A DNA stretch of 64,000 nt from Oopsacas minuta (GCA_024704765.1 JAKMXF010000303.1:264790-328789), one strand, 5' to 3'. Positions 28,115 to 41,786 are shown, numbered from the stretch's first letter. Made by a program: numbers and translations. The notes: a model not told the origin generated them from the sequence alone.

Positions 28115-30673
28115 TCAGAAACATCTTTTGATGACTCCATCTTTGGCATAAATAATAATGTATTCAGGAACACAAGCCTTATCTGTGTATAGACACAGTT
28201 CATCATAATTTAAACTCCCTCCTGCGTGACCGTAGAGTGAGTTGTATTTCGAATCTGGAGCTGTCCTATTTGGGTTATCTTTGAATTCTAGCTGCTTGAA
28301 TCCTGGAGCACATTTCACATAGAACATAGCTCTATATCCATAGCTATCAACTCCCAATGTGTAATCATGACACTTTGAACTTTCAGGAGCAAAGTATAGC
28401 CCCCTCCCAAAACGAGTGAAACTAACATTAGTACCAACTTTACTTATGTCAAATCCTTGACGAGACACCAGACATATTGTACAATCAGTACGATTACACA
28501 ATGTTTTTGTATTTAGCAGGTCACAGGTTATTTTACAACCATGGAAATAATATTCAATAGTCTTTGCCTTTTCTCTCAGGCTCTGCAGATATTCATTGAA
28601 CTTACCCTCTACTCCATCTGGTCTCACTTTAAATATTGCAGTTACTGCTGGACAACCCCCTTTATGTTGGTTCCATTGCTTTTGGAATTCTGCAGATACA
28701 GAGACAAAATCTTCGTGCTTATTGTCAAGTTTAAGCACACCGTAAGCTAAAAATATTTAGTATTAAATATGCAATAAAAGAATAATATATTCTGTAAATA
28801 AGTAAATAATAATAATAATAATATAATAATAATAATAATAATACAGAATAGTAAGCTATCCTCTCCCTCTCTTTGGAAAACGGAACACACTTTATTGCAT
28901 TTTTCTTATCTTTCTAGAGTAACATTAAGCTGCACAATAGTAAACCAGGAGAGGATTGTTTGAAGGTGCTAGAGCTACTTACAAATCTTGCAGTCGATTA
29001 GTATTCATGTTTTGATATGTAATGTACCATAATTCGATTTACACTAAGATTATATACAGTTTAATTACCTGTAAAGTGCTGCTGTGCACATGTCTGTCCA
29101 CAGAAATCGAACAATTTCTTCTCTTTTATGTTATAAAACTTAGGTCTCCCACAGAGGCACGCCTTATTAGCAGGGATTGGCACTACTTCTGGAATAATAC
29201 AATCTACAGGATTTTCTTGAGCTAGATAGCAAGCCTCGCACCATTTGTATCCTTCATTCGGATCATTCTTTCCGCACTTTCTACATGTGTCATCAGTTTC
29301 AAAACAAGCCTGACACCAAGAGAATCCCGGGTTAGCCTTACCGGATTTACATTTGGTGCAGAGAGAAGGAGGTTTATTCTGCATACAAGTCATGCATAAC
29401 TGGCCCTTGTTAGTAGGTCCAGGAGGTAGTATTACTCCACACATGGTACAGGATTTGTTTCCTATATATTGTAAGTAGTTATTGGACATTGTTATTACTT
29501 ATTTGTGTAATATATTGGATATCAGTCAATTCCCGTTAATTAATGCCTTCCGACATTATCACTATATCATTATCATGCTAATATCAGTGGCGCATCCAGG
29601 AGAATTGTGAGGGGGGTGTTCTGGAGCGAGCGAAGCGAGCGACGGTAAGAGGAGGCTTGCCCCTCAGAAAATTTTTTGGATCTTAGACGCTAAAACATCA
29701 ATGTACAGCTATTCTTGTCGCATAGTAGGAGGAGTGTAATATTGTGCAGTTGTACCAAAGTTGTTTAGATAACATGAAAATTTATTACATAATCATATTT
29801 ATACTATTTAGTGAATACAAATTTAGTCTACTAATACATAGTCATCGGGAGCCTTTGAGATATCGTCTGGAAAACTGGTGAAAAAATATTTGTGAAAATT
29901 GGATAGCATTCTGTAAATAAGATTCCAAAAGCTCTCCGATTATTAAGGAAATCCTCTTGGAAACCAATTATGTGGGGGTGTTTGAACACCTAAATCTCCC
30001 CCTTGGATACGCCACTGAATGTTCTATGAATTTGGAAATTTGACACCATAAATATCACAGCAGTGGTTCCACAGCTTGTGTTAAAATTGGTATAGGAGTC
30101 CCACGGATGAAAAAGGTTAGGATCCGCTGACTTAGTGCAATATGTACCAATACGTATTATACGTATTCCCTTTTAATTGAAAGACATATTAAGCAATTCA
30201 ATTACAGTATTTAAACTACTAGCTACTCATATATTCTAGTATTTATTGAGCTAATTCTTACCCACATAAGCTGGTTGTTGGTTAGGAGGATTCATAGGCA
30301 TTCCTGTGTAAGGTTGGAATGAATTAGGTTGCGGACAAAATGGGTTCATGTTAGGAGGCATGAATGGTTGTTGCATAGAGGGCAAAGAGTACATGGGCTG
30401 TTGGAATTGGGACTGGACAGGAAATGAAGACTGCATTGGAAAAGGTTGCATATTCTGATGTACACCCATGCCCTGTTGATGTTGATAGCCCATCTGTGGC
30501 TGTTGAAACGAGGGCTGGGTAGGATTGAATCCTAGATTTGGCATGTCTCTCATGGAAGGTTGTACTCGACCTCCTGGGGTGTGGTCCTCATAAGGACAAT
30601 CGCAATAGTCACAATTACCACTTGGTGTTTCAAAATACTTGGTACAACTTCCACAACGTCCACAACTTGACAT
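28115..30673 (-). CDS. Cys-repeat / PARP-like ADP-ribosyltransferase-fold protein, join(30262..30673,29069..29497,28115..28746), 490 aa
   Basis: Three ORFs join through phase-1 GT-AG junctions into one frame. The C-terminal domain has the H-Y-E triad (YFHGC, FGRGLYFA, LNYDEL). The exon 1-exon 2 link is less certain than exon 2-exon 3. Confidence 0.75.
29585..30017. mobile_element. hAT-like non-autonomous element in intron 1 of the ART gene
   Basis: TIRs cagtggcgcatccagg / (rc) cagtggcgtatccaag; no matching TSD found. Confidence 0.6.
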
Positions 30674-31281
30674 TTTAGCTATTTAGAAATAGTAAGTAGT
30701 AACAGAAATAATCCTGGCTTATAATCTGCATAATTAAACATAGGCAATGGAAGAATAATTGCTACTTGATACCCTCGTGCAATCATGTATGCTCTATATA
30801 CTTATTCGTTGATATTTACATTCTACTTATATTTAATAAATATGAAGTAAGCTTTCAAGATAATCTGTACTAGTGGGAGTATTGCTAAAAAAGTTTCGAC
30901 CCCTAAGAATTGAATAATCTCTCTCCAAAAGGTGGTCGTTATCTGACGTAGATATAATCAACGTAGCAGTTATATGGCACATGTCGTCAATACCGCAAAC
31001 TACATATTTTGTCCACACCTTTGAATACTTGTTATTAATAGATTATATCGTGGATTACGAAGTTCATGATTGTATTTACCTTTCTACAAACAATTAAAAA
31101 ACTATAGTATACAAATAGTAGTCACTCTGTAACAATCCATAGTTAGATATAGGTATATTGTTAATAAGATTATTAATTAAGCGAATGCAATCAACTCAAG
31201 ATACCTAAAATGCGGTTAACAAATGAAAGAAAGACTAAGTCAATAGCGACTTTCAAATGGAACAAGTGTAGAAATATAAAA

Positions 31282-34200
31282 TTAACTCTCATTAGAGTGA
31301 GTTACTTTCTCTAAGGTTTTAGCTCTCGTTATATGACAGGTAGTATAACTATCATTCGTATAGCGTGTCTTATACTCTTCTGGTGTAGATATGTCTTTGT
31401 CTGAGTGATGTTCTAGATTGATTAGTTCTGTCTCTAAACAGCTGCGATTCACATCAATCAGCTGGCGCTTGATCTTCTCTCTCCTGCAGATCATATAGGA
31501 GAGGTTACGCGCCTTCTCCAGGTCTAGTCTCAGTTTGTAGAGCTTCCTCTCATTGACTTTATCTCTAGAGGGTAGGAATACTCTCTTCACTTTATCTTTA
31601 TTTTTTCTAGGGGGAGAGTCTGGAGGTGAGGAACTGACGTCAGTGCTATAGGAGCTGACACTCTGTTTGAGTTGACTAGTATCGAACTTGTGTAAATGAG
31701 GTTTCACTACTTCCTGTAGAGACTCTGTCACTAGAGGTTTACAGTGATTAGCTCGTCTCTTCATGCTCCAGTAGTTATATACTAGTTCTGATGTTTCTCG
31801 TGAGATATTAAGCTGAGATAGCTCAGTAGCATCAGTGTAGTTATCGAACTGTTGCTCCATCTCCACCAGCTTGCTGGAGCAAGGTATGTGAGTAGACCTA
31901 TCAGATTTGTCACATGATCTGTGTCTGGGACAGAAGGCTTGGAGGTGACCAGAGGGAGCTTGGAACATTTCGAAGTTATTCTTCCGAGCACAAGATGTGT
32001 GAAAAGCTGTGACACAATGAGGCTCAGAGCACTGAATACAGGCACCCTTCCTGATTCTACATACTGAGCATATGAGGTTCCATCTGCTGGTGTTGATCTT
32101 ACTGACGTCAATATATTCTGTTAGAGATCGCTTGTTGGAGCTCAGACGTGTCTTGGTCCGGGGACTTAGACCGAGTTCTGGGATCCAGCGGGCACAACTC
32201 ACATGTACCCAGTACTTCCCACAGTTAGAAGGCTTGAGAGCTCCTCCTGGGGGAGAGGGACATAGATGGCAGTTAGGTTGAGGGCTGTCCTGAGACACAT
32301 CTAAGATAAGAATATAGGTACGTATATTAAAATAAAAAGTATAGAAAATAGCTTACTGTGTATCGCGAATCCTATATAATCCGCATAGTAGTCAATATAC
32401 AATGTGATTATACAAATTGTGCTAACCATAGGTTTCTAAATATGTTTATAATCTCCTCAGCGTTTATTTGGGGTAAATCAAAATTAAATTATCCTACAGT
32501 ATCGGTCCGTAGCAAATATGAAAGGAAGTTACATTAATTTGTGGCCGAATTGTACCACGTAAATGCATAATGGAACCTATTAAGCCGAGTCCATTGTATA
32601 TTTGAATTTATAAGATTTCAAATTATTAATTTATCAGGAATTTATTAATTGTAAATAAGATAAGAATAATAGATAATATTATATGATAAGAGATAGTTAA
32701 CTAACCAGTATCATTGATGGTTGGTTTTAGACAAGGAGCACATAGCCATGGTCCTTCAGGTACTGTAGTGACTCCATAACAGAACTGATGGACACACACA
32801 TTACAGTAGTCACAGAAGACAAGTTCGTTGTCTCGTGACGCGTCTAGTTCTCCACATACGTCACAAGCAACCTCGTCATCATACTGTATCCCTAGTTTCT
32901 CTTGTGTACGGATAGCATGAGCCATATTTCTGTAGACAGCATGTTCGAGTAGGATGATAGACTACAAATAGATATGCAATCAATATAAACAATTGAATAT
33001 TGTAAATTATTCATCTTCAAGCTCTGCTATAAATGAATTTGATCAGAAAACCTATAAGTAAGAATTTCTCTAGCCACAAATCAGTCCCAGGAAATATAGA
33101 CTACATCTATCTATAAGTTACATTCCCCATCATTATCCTACACATCAGTTTCGATTCAAACTTATTGGTATCGCAGTTGCAGAATGAATTTGAGACAATT
33201 AAATAAATCATGAATGAGATGCTATAATATAGCTATAGAACAGCAAGGAAAGACCTGCCAAAATACGTTCTCCTTATATGGATTTCGTTTTCTACGTATG
33301 AATATGTTACCGTCATACTACTCAGTTTGACGGATACTCAATTTGGACGGTGACATATATAGAGATAAGATAGAGTTATTGTGACTAGGGATAGGTAGAA
33401 ACTAAGTTATAAATAACCCCAAATATAACCATAGAAGTTTATACTCACGTAATCAACTCTTTTGTTTTGATGTAAAATAATTGAGATTAATGAATTAAAC
33501 ATACCTGTCTTAAAGTTTCGGGAGTAAGTGAAGAGATGTTTTGATTCAATTGAGTGTGATTGATTGTTTCTTTGGTATGATTACAAGTTCGAGATACAAG
33601 TTCAAGCCAACAAGCATCCAGATCATCTAGAGAGTAGGATGATGTTATCGGTAATCCCTGGTCTTGAATGTATTTCTTAGGTCTGTGAGAATTACTCGAA
33701 TAGTCAGGCGGTGGCCAGTATGTATTCTGAGGTATAAGGTCTCCTCGTTTCTTGTTTTTACTGCCAGGAGTGTCTGACTTTATTGATGGAACCTGTACAA
33801 GAAGTATTGTAACACCATGTACGATATCACTCAGAATAAGCCGTCTTAGAATTACAGTAAAACCTCCACAAACGGGGCTGTGGAAACTAGGAACTTATAG
33901 AAACGGAGTGAAATAAATAAAGTGAATTTGTGGTCACATACGAATGAACCTCTACAAATGGGAATTTGACTGAAACTGAGAAGACGGGGTAGCATTTTCG
34001 GCCTCCCAGGCCGGCCCCATTTGTGGAGGTTACATTGTACCAGTTATAGAATAAAATATCCATCATAATTAGAGATATATGAAACTTACTTGTACTCCTT
34101 TCTCCCATGAGTGTCTCCATTGATCCTGTATGATGACATATGAGCCATGATCTAGATGCGTGCTGTCAGACAGCTTCATGTTAGTAATTAGGTCAGTTCT

Positions 34201-34368
34201 GAAACATTCCATAGTTTTAGAATGGGAAGGAAGGAATGCTTGGTTGGTTGTATGCGGAGCAGACGCGGGGTGATCAGTTTTACACATGTCTAACACCGGA
34301 GATATGATGTCAGACCTCTGATGTACAGGGAAGATTGAGCTCTTGCTTCTCAAGTTGGGAAGAGACAT
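31282..34368 (-). CDS. JADE1: JADE (PHF15/16/17) HBO1-complex scaffold, join(34090..34368,33505..33792,32706..32961,31282..32300), 613 aa
   Basis: FRTDLITNMKL...WRHSWEKGVQVP, EPc YSLDDLDACWLEL, PHD1 CDVC...FCDYCNVCVHQFCYG, ePHD WVHVSCARWIPE, and LRLDLEKARNLSYMICRREKIKR. All junctions are in phase. The paralog number is not meaningful in this lineage. Confidence 0.9.
33855..34037. mobile_element. pogo-like MITE in JADE intron 1 (partial copy near 56477-56517)
   Basis: TIRs cagtaaaacctccacaaacgggg / (rc) caatgtaacctccacaaatgggg with TA flanks. Confidence 0.75.
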
Positions 34369-34774
34369 GATTTGAAGCTAGTCGTGAGTGGAAGGGGCTG
34401 GAATTCATGTTACATTCATTCATTCACTGAAGTACAGTAGGCAGTGCTACGTAACGTACAGTATGTAAAATATTAATTATTTAGGCGCATGTCTAGTAGC
34501 CACAAACTTAGCATTGTAAGCAATATCTGCTGTATTAGTAATGAATGGAATAGCAGCTGTGTATAAATGAGAAGCCACTCATCTAATAATGAAATAGCTA
34601 TTGTTGTTTGTGGAGTGAAGTTACGTAAGATGATTAGTAACGTATTAGATATATTATAATGGTGTTGACATATTACATACTTGCCACCTGAGTGAAGACA
34701 AAGCGGTCCGGGAGTTACTAAATTAGCAAGACATCGCGGGAAAAAGCATATTTACAATTTAGGTTGGGGTGCTA

Positions 34775-36385
34775 CAAAAGTGGAACAATTAGGGTTGGAC
34801 TTAGAATATGTTGTAATAAAAGCGAATTACGATTTTTGTTTTAGCTTTATTATTGTAGTTTAACAGAAAAAAAAACAAGTCTCATGCCAAAATGTGTGTG
34901 TAACTTCTATTTTTAGCCACTTAATTACAGCTTACTAAACTTTGACATATTTTCTGTTAAATGACAATTTTTCGTACATCTGTATAAGTATTTCAGATCT
35001 AAAGGCAGTGCATAGCAAATTTCCAGAAATATGTATGAATTTAATAGAAGTCAGTATTCCCCAATTATTAGTAAAATTATTTCTAGAAAGATTTTCTCAT
35101 ATGCGTATTTCATTTTTCATAGAAGATAAGTATTTTTGGTGAACTTGTATTGTCAAAGTGATCAATGTGGGCCACGGTTTGTCACGAGTACGTTAGGTGA
35201 GGGGTTGGATCGTGTCTACACGAGAGACACAGGAACTTGAGTAAAATGATATCTTGGGTTACAGGTGAAGGCATGTTATACACAGCCAAGATAGAGATCA
35301 CCGCAATCCTTCGTTGGAGAGAGTTCTGCTGGCATCAGGGTACGTATGAGTATATCTCCCCGTAACTCACGAAAAAACGATTATTCTATTAGTTTCGATT
35401 GACTGCGAGTATTTGTCGATCGTGTGGGAGGAAGCTATACACTGCACATGCGTGATAGTTGCTATGATTCATAGGAGTAAAGGTTGGCTGCAGTATGTTA
35501 TGAGGGACATAGGGTTCCTTTAAGGGAGAAGAGTTACTACTACTTCTTTTGGAATTATTGTTGCATACATTCGGAAGATTGAGCTTGCCAATAAGCTGCA
35601 TTCGAAGCATCCTCGGTTGAGCAAACCGCATAACTTACATTCCACAAATATTTCCGATAAACCAATATGACCGTTGGACTCCCAAGACATTAATTCCTAT
35701 ACGACGATAATACATTTCCCTTGTCTAGCATTAGCGGATTACGGTTTATAAATAAGTACACAGCAGCCACGAATTGTGCTTTTAGGCAATTAAATTCATA
35801 ATTTTTTATGACCTAAACATATAAAACTTGATTAAATATCGTTAATTACATCTTAACTATATATTTTGTAAAATTTTCTCACAAAAACATACGATGACAT
35901 TATGTATTCTTAAGAAATATGTGAAAGACTTTAACGAAATTATTAGGCCGCAGCGGCCGATCCCGTAAAATCGTGTCTAGATTTAGAGGGTTGATATGTG
36001 CATAATTAGACTCAGTACGCCTACCGGCGTTGAACAAGGGGTCATTTCGATAGGGTTAGGACAAATTTTGAGAATGGAAAGTTACCACATTCCTGCGTTG
36101 CTAGGGAAAAATATTCCCAAATATATTCAAGTGACCACTCAAACGACGAGAAGTTTATCACTGATAGCGAATATCGACAAAAAATTCGTTTCGAATTGAA
36201 CTGAATTCGCATTTTTAATCTTCAAAATGTATCAAAAGTGGTACACTTAAGTGGCTAAAAAAGAACTTTCACGCACATTTGGGCCTGGGACTTTTTCTGA
36301 TAAACTACAATAATAAAGCTACAAGAAAAATCACATTTAGCTTTTGTTGCAATTTATACTAGGTTACCCCTTTTTGTTACGATAC
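34775..36385. mobile_element. About 1.6-kb element with about 150-bp imperfect inverted repeats (MULE/foldback-like)
   Basis: 34775-34928 is the approximate reverse complement of 36243-36385 (shared core tagctttattattgtagttta.cagaaaaa...tttttagccacttaa). Boundaries are approximate. Confidence 0.55.
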
Positions 36386-38629
36386 TATAAGTATGATATT
36401 AGCACTTTAGCAGTTGTTTCAGTAACATAAAGTCAGAATGTTAACACCTTTATTGGGCAGGCATATCAAGAACAGTAAAATCCATAGGATATGCAATACC
36501 TGAGCTTTCCTCCAATTATATTATTAAAAAGGTGGCATTGTAACTACAGAACTTTATGGTTTAAGATCTTCATATAGGGTCGAATTTACCTCACATAGAT
36601 TTTGTAAAAGTTTGGTGCCTATGCAGCAGTGCTCGACAAATTCAATATGATAGTAGTTCCAAAAATATCTGTGGTTAATTAGCCACGATCAGGCAGAAGC
36701 TAACTTAGCCATCTGAGCTAGTTAAGCTTTAGGCAATAAAATGAAAAATCAGTGAATAAGTCACTTGTACGACTAAAGCACCACATTTAGACTCTTAAAT
36801 CCTCTAATTAATACAAGGCCATTGAAAATTCTGCGTGTAAATTGGTGGTTTATCAGAAGGTCTTGGTGGCTAACACCAAACCACCAGATTTGTCGAGCAG
36901 TGCTATGCAGTCAAAGCGGCACGAATTTTGAAGTGGTCCTTTAAAATCAGTAGTAGAAATACCATAGTGGTCTTAATTAACAACTATAGCAATACAGGAG
37001 CGGCGCAAACTGACAGGCTAGACCACTTTTTGGTTTCTATTCAATCCTGTAAGCCGGACCATTTTGCCCTAAATCAAGCCAATCGCCTGCCTATTAAACA
37101 GGGACGTCGCCACGGGGGGGGCATAGAGGTCAATGCTCCCCCTGGTAAATCCTTGCCCCGGGGCATGCCCCTCCTGGTAAATTCGTGCCCTGGGCATGCC
37201 ACAGGACCCCTTGACTTAAATTGCAACTGGAAAATTTCGGCTCGCTTCGCTCGCATCTTACCCTAACATTATTTAATCTAACCCATAAATAAGGGATATA
37301 GCTTGTATTGATCTACCGAACTAGGTAATATTTTTTAGTGTTTACACCCTGAGCAAATGCAGTGTTTTCCCCAGGCCGTTTTAGCGTACTGGGCCGGCAT
37401 CCCTTCAGTTGTTAACAAATATAGGCACCCATTTACTTTAGCCACTATACTAAAGTATAGTCGGCACAGTAGAAAGTAGAATTGACCATAGAAGTTATGA
37501 TATCAAGGATTATCGTACGATTTATCCGGTCGATGCCTCCATTGATATAATTATTGATAACTTCTCGTTGTTTGTTTCAAGATTTCATTAATTATTCCTA
37601 AAATATAACTGAGAAATTGTTTCAAGATTCAAACCTACGTGGCAGTACAAAGGTAATTAATGTAGTAGCTATTATAGCTTATTGTCCAAGGGCTACGCCC
37701 CGTCACGACTGGAAAACCTACAGCACCTCAGACCCCCAGCTGCAGTAGCGTCGTGCATATGTGACTGAGAGCCCACCAAATATTCTCCGAGCTACACATC
37801 ATTACTCGACCAGAAAAAACAACTTTCTTGGGGCAATTGCAGACCATACGTTATTTCTTTCAATTGTTTGGCTCTTGGACCTTACTGATTGTTTACAGCG
37901 CCCAAGGCTTTGAAATCTGGGGTGCACAAATTCAATCGGGTAGGAAACATCTAGAACTTTTTGACAACCAGATTGAATTTGTGACCCACTGGAACAAGTG
38001 GCGCCGGCCCTGCTATGAATGGATATATCCCTACGTAGCTTGATTGGGTGAGATGAGAAATTATGACAACTATTGCTAACTATTGTGTATCACTAATGGA
38101 GACGGACGGTCAGTCTCTCTGTAGTATAATCATATTTACGGCTTTAAGTTGGAAAAATCTGGATATTAATTAAAAGTGATCTCCTGTACGATTTCGCATC
38201 TATTGGGGAATTGATCGTAGACATAGTATAGTGGTAGCTCCCTTTCATTCGAATTTGCAATAGCATTAACTAATTCAGTTGAATAATACAACTGCTTTGA
38301 AAAGTTCAAGATTTCGAAATTAACTTACCTGTATTCTGTAGTACATTTCTTGTTGCCTATTTAGGCCCGCGTACGGCAGGTCCGGCCATTGCCGGATTTA
38401 GGGCTTAGGCCGACCAAAAATATTTGCAATGATTCATAAGGATCAATATCTGATTCTAGTTTATCTAGAATCTAGCACAGCTGCACGTAATTGAATTAGT
38501 GTTGTTATTCAAGAACTCCAACAAGCAATTTTCTATGAATCAGCAGTGAATAATTAATACTTAAATAAACTACACAGTATCATCATCATCACTATCTATA
38601 ATTATATCTATACAACCATGAGTCTATTG

Positions 38630-39205
38630 CTAAGAAGGTTGAGAATCAGTAGTATCTCCTGTCTTACTCAGATGCTTGATAACATCTACCCAGTTCCAGC
38701 CACGAGGTTTCTCTCCTTTAGCATCTGTCATGTTTGCTAGTTTCCTCTTAGTAGCCTTGGTAAGATGTTCCTTCTTTTCTCGTCTCACTTTAGGTAATTG
38801 TGAAGAGTTTGCTTGGTTAGATTCTGCTGAGAACTCAGCTACTACTTCATCCAGATTATCTTTCCCCCATTCTAATAACGAGTATACCATCTGTACTCCT
38901 AACAGGTTATCTGCCTCAGTCTGTAGTGCGTAGATTATAGCATCTTTCTCCTCAGTTCTCAGTTTAGTATTGTACAATAATTCCATGTGTATGTTAGGTG
39001 GATCATCTGGATAACTGGAAGTGAAATCGAATTGTACTATAAACTCTTTAAAGTCTGTAGGATAGAATTTATAAGTCAGAGATCGAGGATCTAAAATCTT
39101 AAAATTATCGTCATCTTGGTATATGCTATCTAAAGTCTCAAATTCCTCTTTCAACTGCTCATCGCTAGATTCACTACTACTACTACTTGATAGCTTCTCT
39201 GCCAT
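38630..39205 (-). CDS. RWDD4: RWD domain-containing protein 4, intronless 191 aa
   Basis: EEFETLDSIY, YPDDPP, LLGVQMVYSLLEW and the RWDD4 tail LTKATKRK...GEKPRGWNWVDVIKHLSKTG. Confidence 0.92.
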   Translation of the reverse strand: MAEKLSSSSSSESSDEQLKEEFETLDSIYQDDDNFKILDPRSLTYKFYPTDFKEFIVQFDFTSSYPDDPPNIHMELLYNTKLRTEEKDAIIYALQTEADNLLGVQMVYSLLEWGKDNLDEVVAEFSAESNQANSSQLPKVRREKKEHLTKATKRKLANMTDAKGEKPRGWNWVDVIKHLSKTGDTTDSQPS

Positions 39206-39820
39206 CAGATAATGTAACCTTAAAGTAAATTACTTGTTTCTCACCCATCTATCTCTAGGAGATAGGGATACGGACGTTATTTTATTTTTATATTCGTTAA
39301 GCATAGGAATGCTGACTTATGCTATTGTGTACGAACATTCAGCAGGAGGGGGAGGATCGGGGAGAATCGAAGAAGCTCAGCCCAGCCATAGTGGTCAAGC
39401 TACACCCTGCTAGTCTCTAACAATGTTATACTTATCTATATAGGACAGGACCGGCGGAACGGGTTTTGTAATGGACCGTTAAAACTGAACCAACCGGACC
39501 GGTGAAGGCTGCCCTATATATAGGTATGATCGATAATCAGGGATTGTTAAATACGAGACCGTTTTAAGTTCACACCCACAAAATTTAAGGTCGCCTGATT
39601 ACAGATAAATACGAAGCTCCTAGCAAGACATACGAATAAGTACGTGGCTATTATTAACATAATACAAGTATTATTATAATAGTACTTTAATGAAAATTCT
39701 TCAATTCTGTACAAATTAAAACTCGTAATTATTAAATGCAAATTACAACATTCAACTGAATCGAATTAATGATACAAGTACGTAATACAACCTTATTGAT
39801 TAAGTAAAAATCACTAGTGT

Positions 39821-41092
39821 TTAACGGGATATAATATTTTGACTGGGGAAAGTAGGATAGATTTGGAATGCCTGTACTTTAGAGAGTAGAACAAGAGTAA
39901 TACCAGAAAGGATGACAAAAATAGACACAAGGAATATAAATAAATTCTTCCAACCTCTGTAAGCAATTATACTCCAGAGGAATCCAATAGTAGGAGTAGC
40001 TGATGCAATTATAGGGAAGGTCACAGCTGACGACATTTTTTGGTTGAGGAACGCCCACAACGATATAGCTATGCCAGTGAATATCCCTACAATAAGGGCA
40101 GGGAGTATAGACCGAGGTAGTATGCGTGGTGCATTACTCATATACAGAGAGTACAGTACCATGAATAGAGTAGAAGTCATAAACACACCAGTTGTATAGG
40201 GGAATATATAGTCTAGAGAATTATAGCTGTAATAAGAATTACTATCAGCTAGAGTTTGTAGTATCCGCATAGGTAGGAAATGGGTACCCCACGCTATACC
40301 CATGAGTATTGAGAGAATATAGCCTATAACTTTCTTCTTGAATGGACTGAGTGTGTATAAATATCCTCTTAGTAGTCCCAACCTACCAAAATTCCTGGCA
40401 TTACGGTATATTTCAGGAGTAGGATAACCTGGTGCAGACATTAATTTGTTTAGATTGTTATATGAATTATTACTATTGATAAGTAATGTAGTATTAATAT
40501 TGTAAGTATCTGTACGGTGTTCTTTCAGGAAAGCTAAGAGAATTACTCCAGACACACACATTACCAATCCACCGTAGTTAAAGAATGGAATACATAGCTT
40601 TTCATATTGTACTCCCATCATACTCAGGAATCCTGTACTCCACCCACTCCCAATGAATACTAAGCTCCACATTAGAACTCCTGTATTAAACCCAACTAAT
40701 CGTATCATTGGAATTAGAAAAACGTTACCCCCGGACCATATGACACCTCCTAATATAGCTAGCGGGTAGAAATGAGCTGAGGACTGTATTAAGTGCACAA
40801 CTAATCCACATATCCATACTCCAGTACATACCATCCACTGAAAGAATATACCATCTCCAATATTGTATCTCTTAAGCAGAACATAGTTACTACCCAATAA
40901 CATAGCAGGTATAAATATGAGGAGAGAGTCCTTCACTCCAATACTGGTGGTACAGAATTGAGTAGAATTGGAGATGTTATACCAGGCATGTGTTGTGGTA
41001 TGTGTTGTTGTGTATGGCAATACTTGCAATAGAGAAGAAATTAGTAGAAATTGTACAACAAAAAAAGAAGAGCTAAGTGTGAAAATCTTCAT
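39821..41092 (-). CDS. TMEM144: Transmembrane protein 144 (DMT-superfamily transporter-like), intronless 423 aa
   Basis: GDGIFFQW, FYPLAILGGVIWSGGN, GVLMWS, LDYIFPYTTGVFMTST, VTFPII. Confidence 0.88.
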   Translation of the reverse strand: MKIFTLSSSFFVVQFLLISSLLQVLPYTTTHTTTHAWYNISNSTQFCTTSIGVKDSLLIFIPAMLLGSNYVLLKRYNIGDGIFFQWMVCTGVWICGLVVHLIQSSAHFYPLAILGGVIWSGGNVFLIPMIRLVGFNTGVLMWSLVFIGSGWSTGFLSMMGVQYEKLCIPFFNYGGLVMCVSGVILLAFLKEHRTDTYNINTTLLINSNNSYNNLNKLMSAPGYPTPEIYRNARNFGRLGLLRGYLYTLSPFKKKVIGYILSILMGIAWGTHFLPMRILQTLADSNSYYSYNSLDYIFPYTTGVFMTSTLFMVLYSLYMSNAPRILPRSILPALIVGIFTGIAISLWAFLNQKMSSAVTFPIIASATPTIGFLWSIIAYRGWKNLFIFLVSIFVILSGITLVLLSKVQAFQIYPTFPSQNIISR

Positions 41093-41786
41093 TCATTTAA
41101 TGTACAGAATTGTTTTGTTGAGATAAAATACATTTACAGCTACCCAATAGAAACTCAGTAAGATATTAGATTTGGAAATGGTATAATGTAAAATTACTAA
41201 TTTAGTTCTACGCACTCATTTTTATGTACACAGACAATACTTAATACGGCATCTCTTAATAATGAGTGCATATGACTACATATAAATACTGTATTGACTC
41301 GAACAATAGCCCCTCGCTCACCAATGAGCTAACTAGAAATAATTATTAATTATATAACTGGGGTATAAATATAAATAACTCTCAGTAGCACAGATTAGTT
41401 GGTGTATTTCTACAGGGCAGTGGCGTAGACAGGGTGGCACAAGTGAAGCATTTGCGCCACCTGTTTTTACTTCGCGCCTGGTGACATCGCACCACATGCC
41501 CCAATTTCGGAGTAAGGAAAGTAATATTTTCGTGCGTTAAATGATTTAAATCATTTCACACTGTAGCAATTATCAGTGAATATTTGTAAATTCTCAATTT
41601 CAAGGAAAATACAACAGAAATATTAACACAGTCCTAATGAGCTTATTTCAGTTGAACATTCGTCTAATTATAATTTAATTAATACACATGTAAGAATATA
41701 TAGCATTGTTCAAAAACATATATTCTACCATAAAATACAACTTTCCTGCAAATTGACTAGCCCGTATGATACAGGGTAATCATCTC

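Noticed and set aside
30833-31018. ORF with a faint KIX-like pattern (VVCGIDDM...FFSNTPTSTDYL) as the missing MED15 exon
   Set aside because: Spacing is about 11 residues too long, there is no ATG, and there is no convincing donor before the stop; likely chance.
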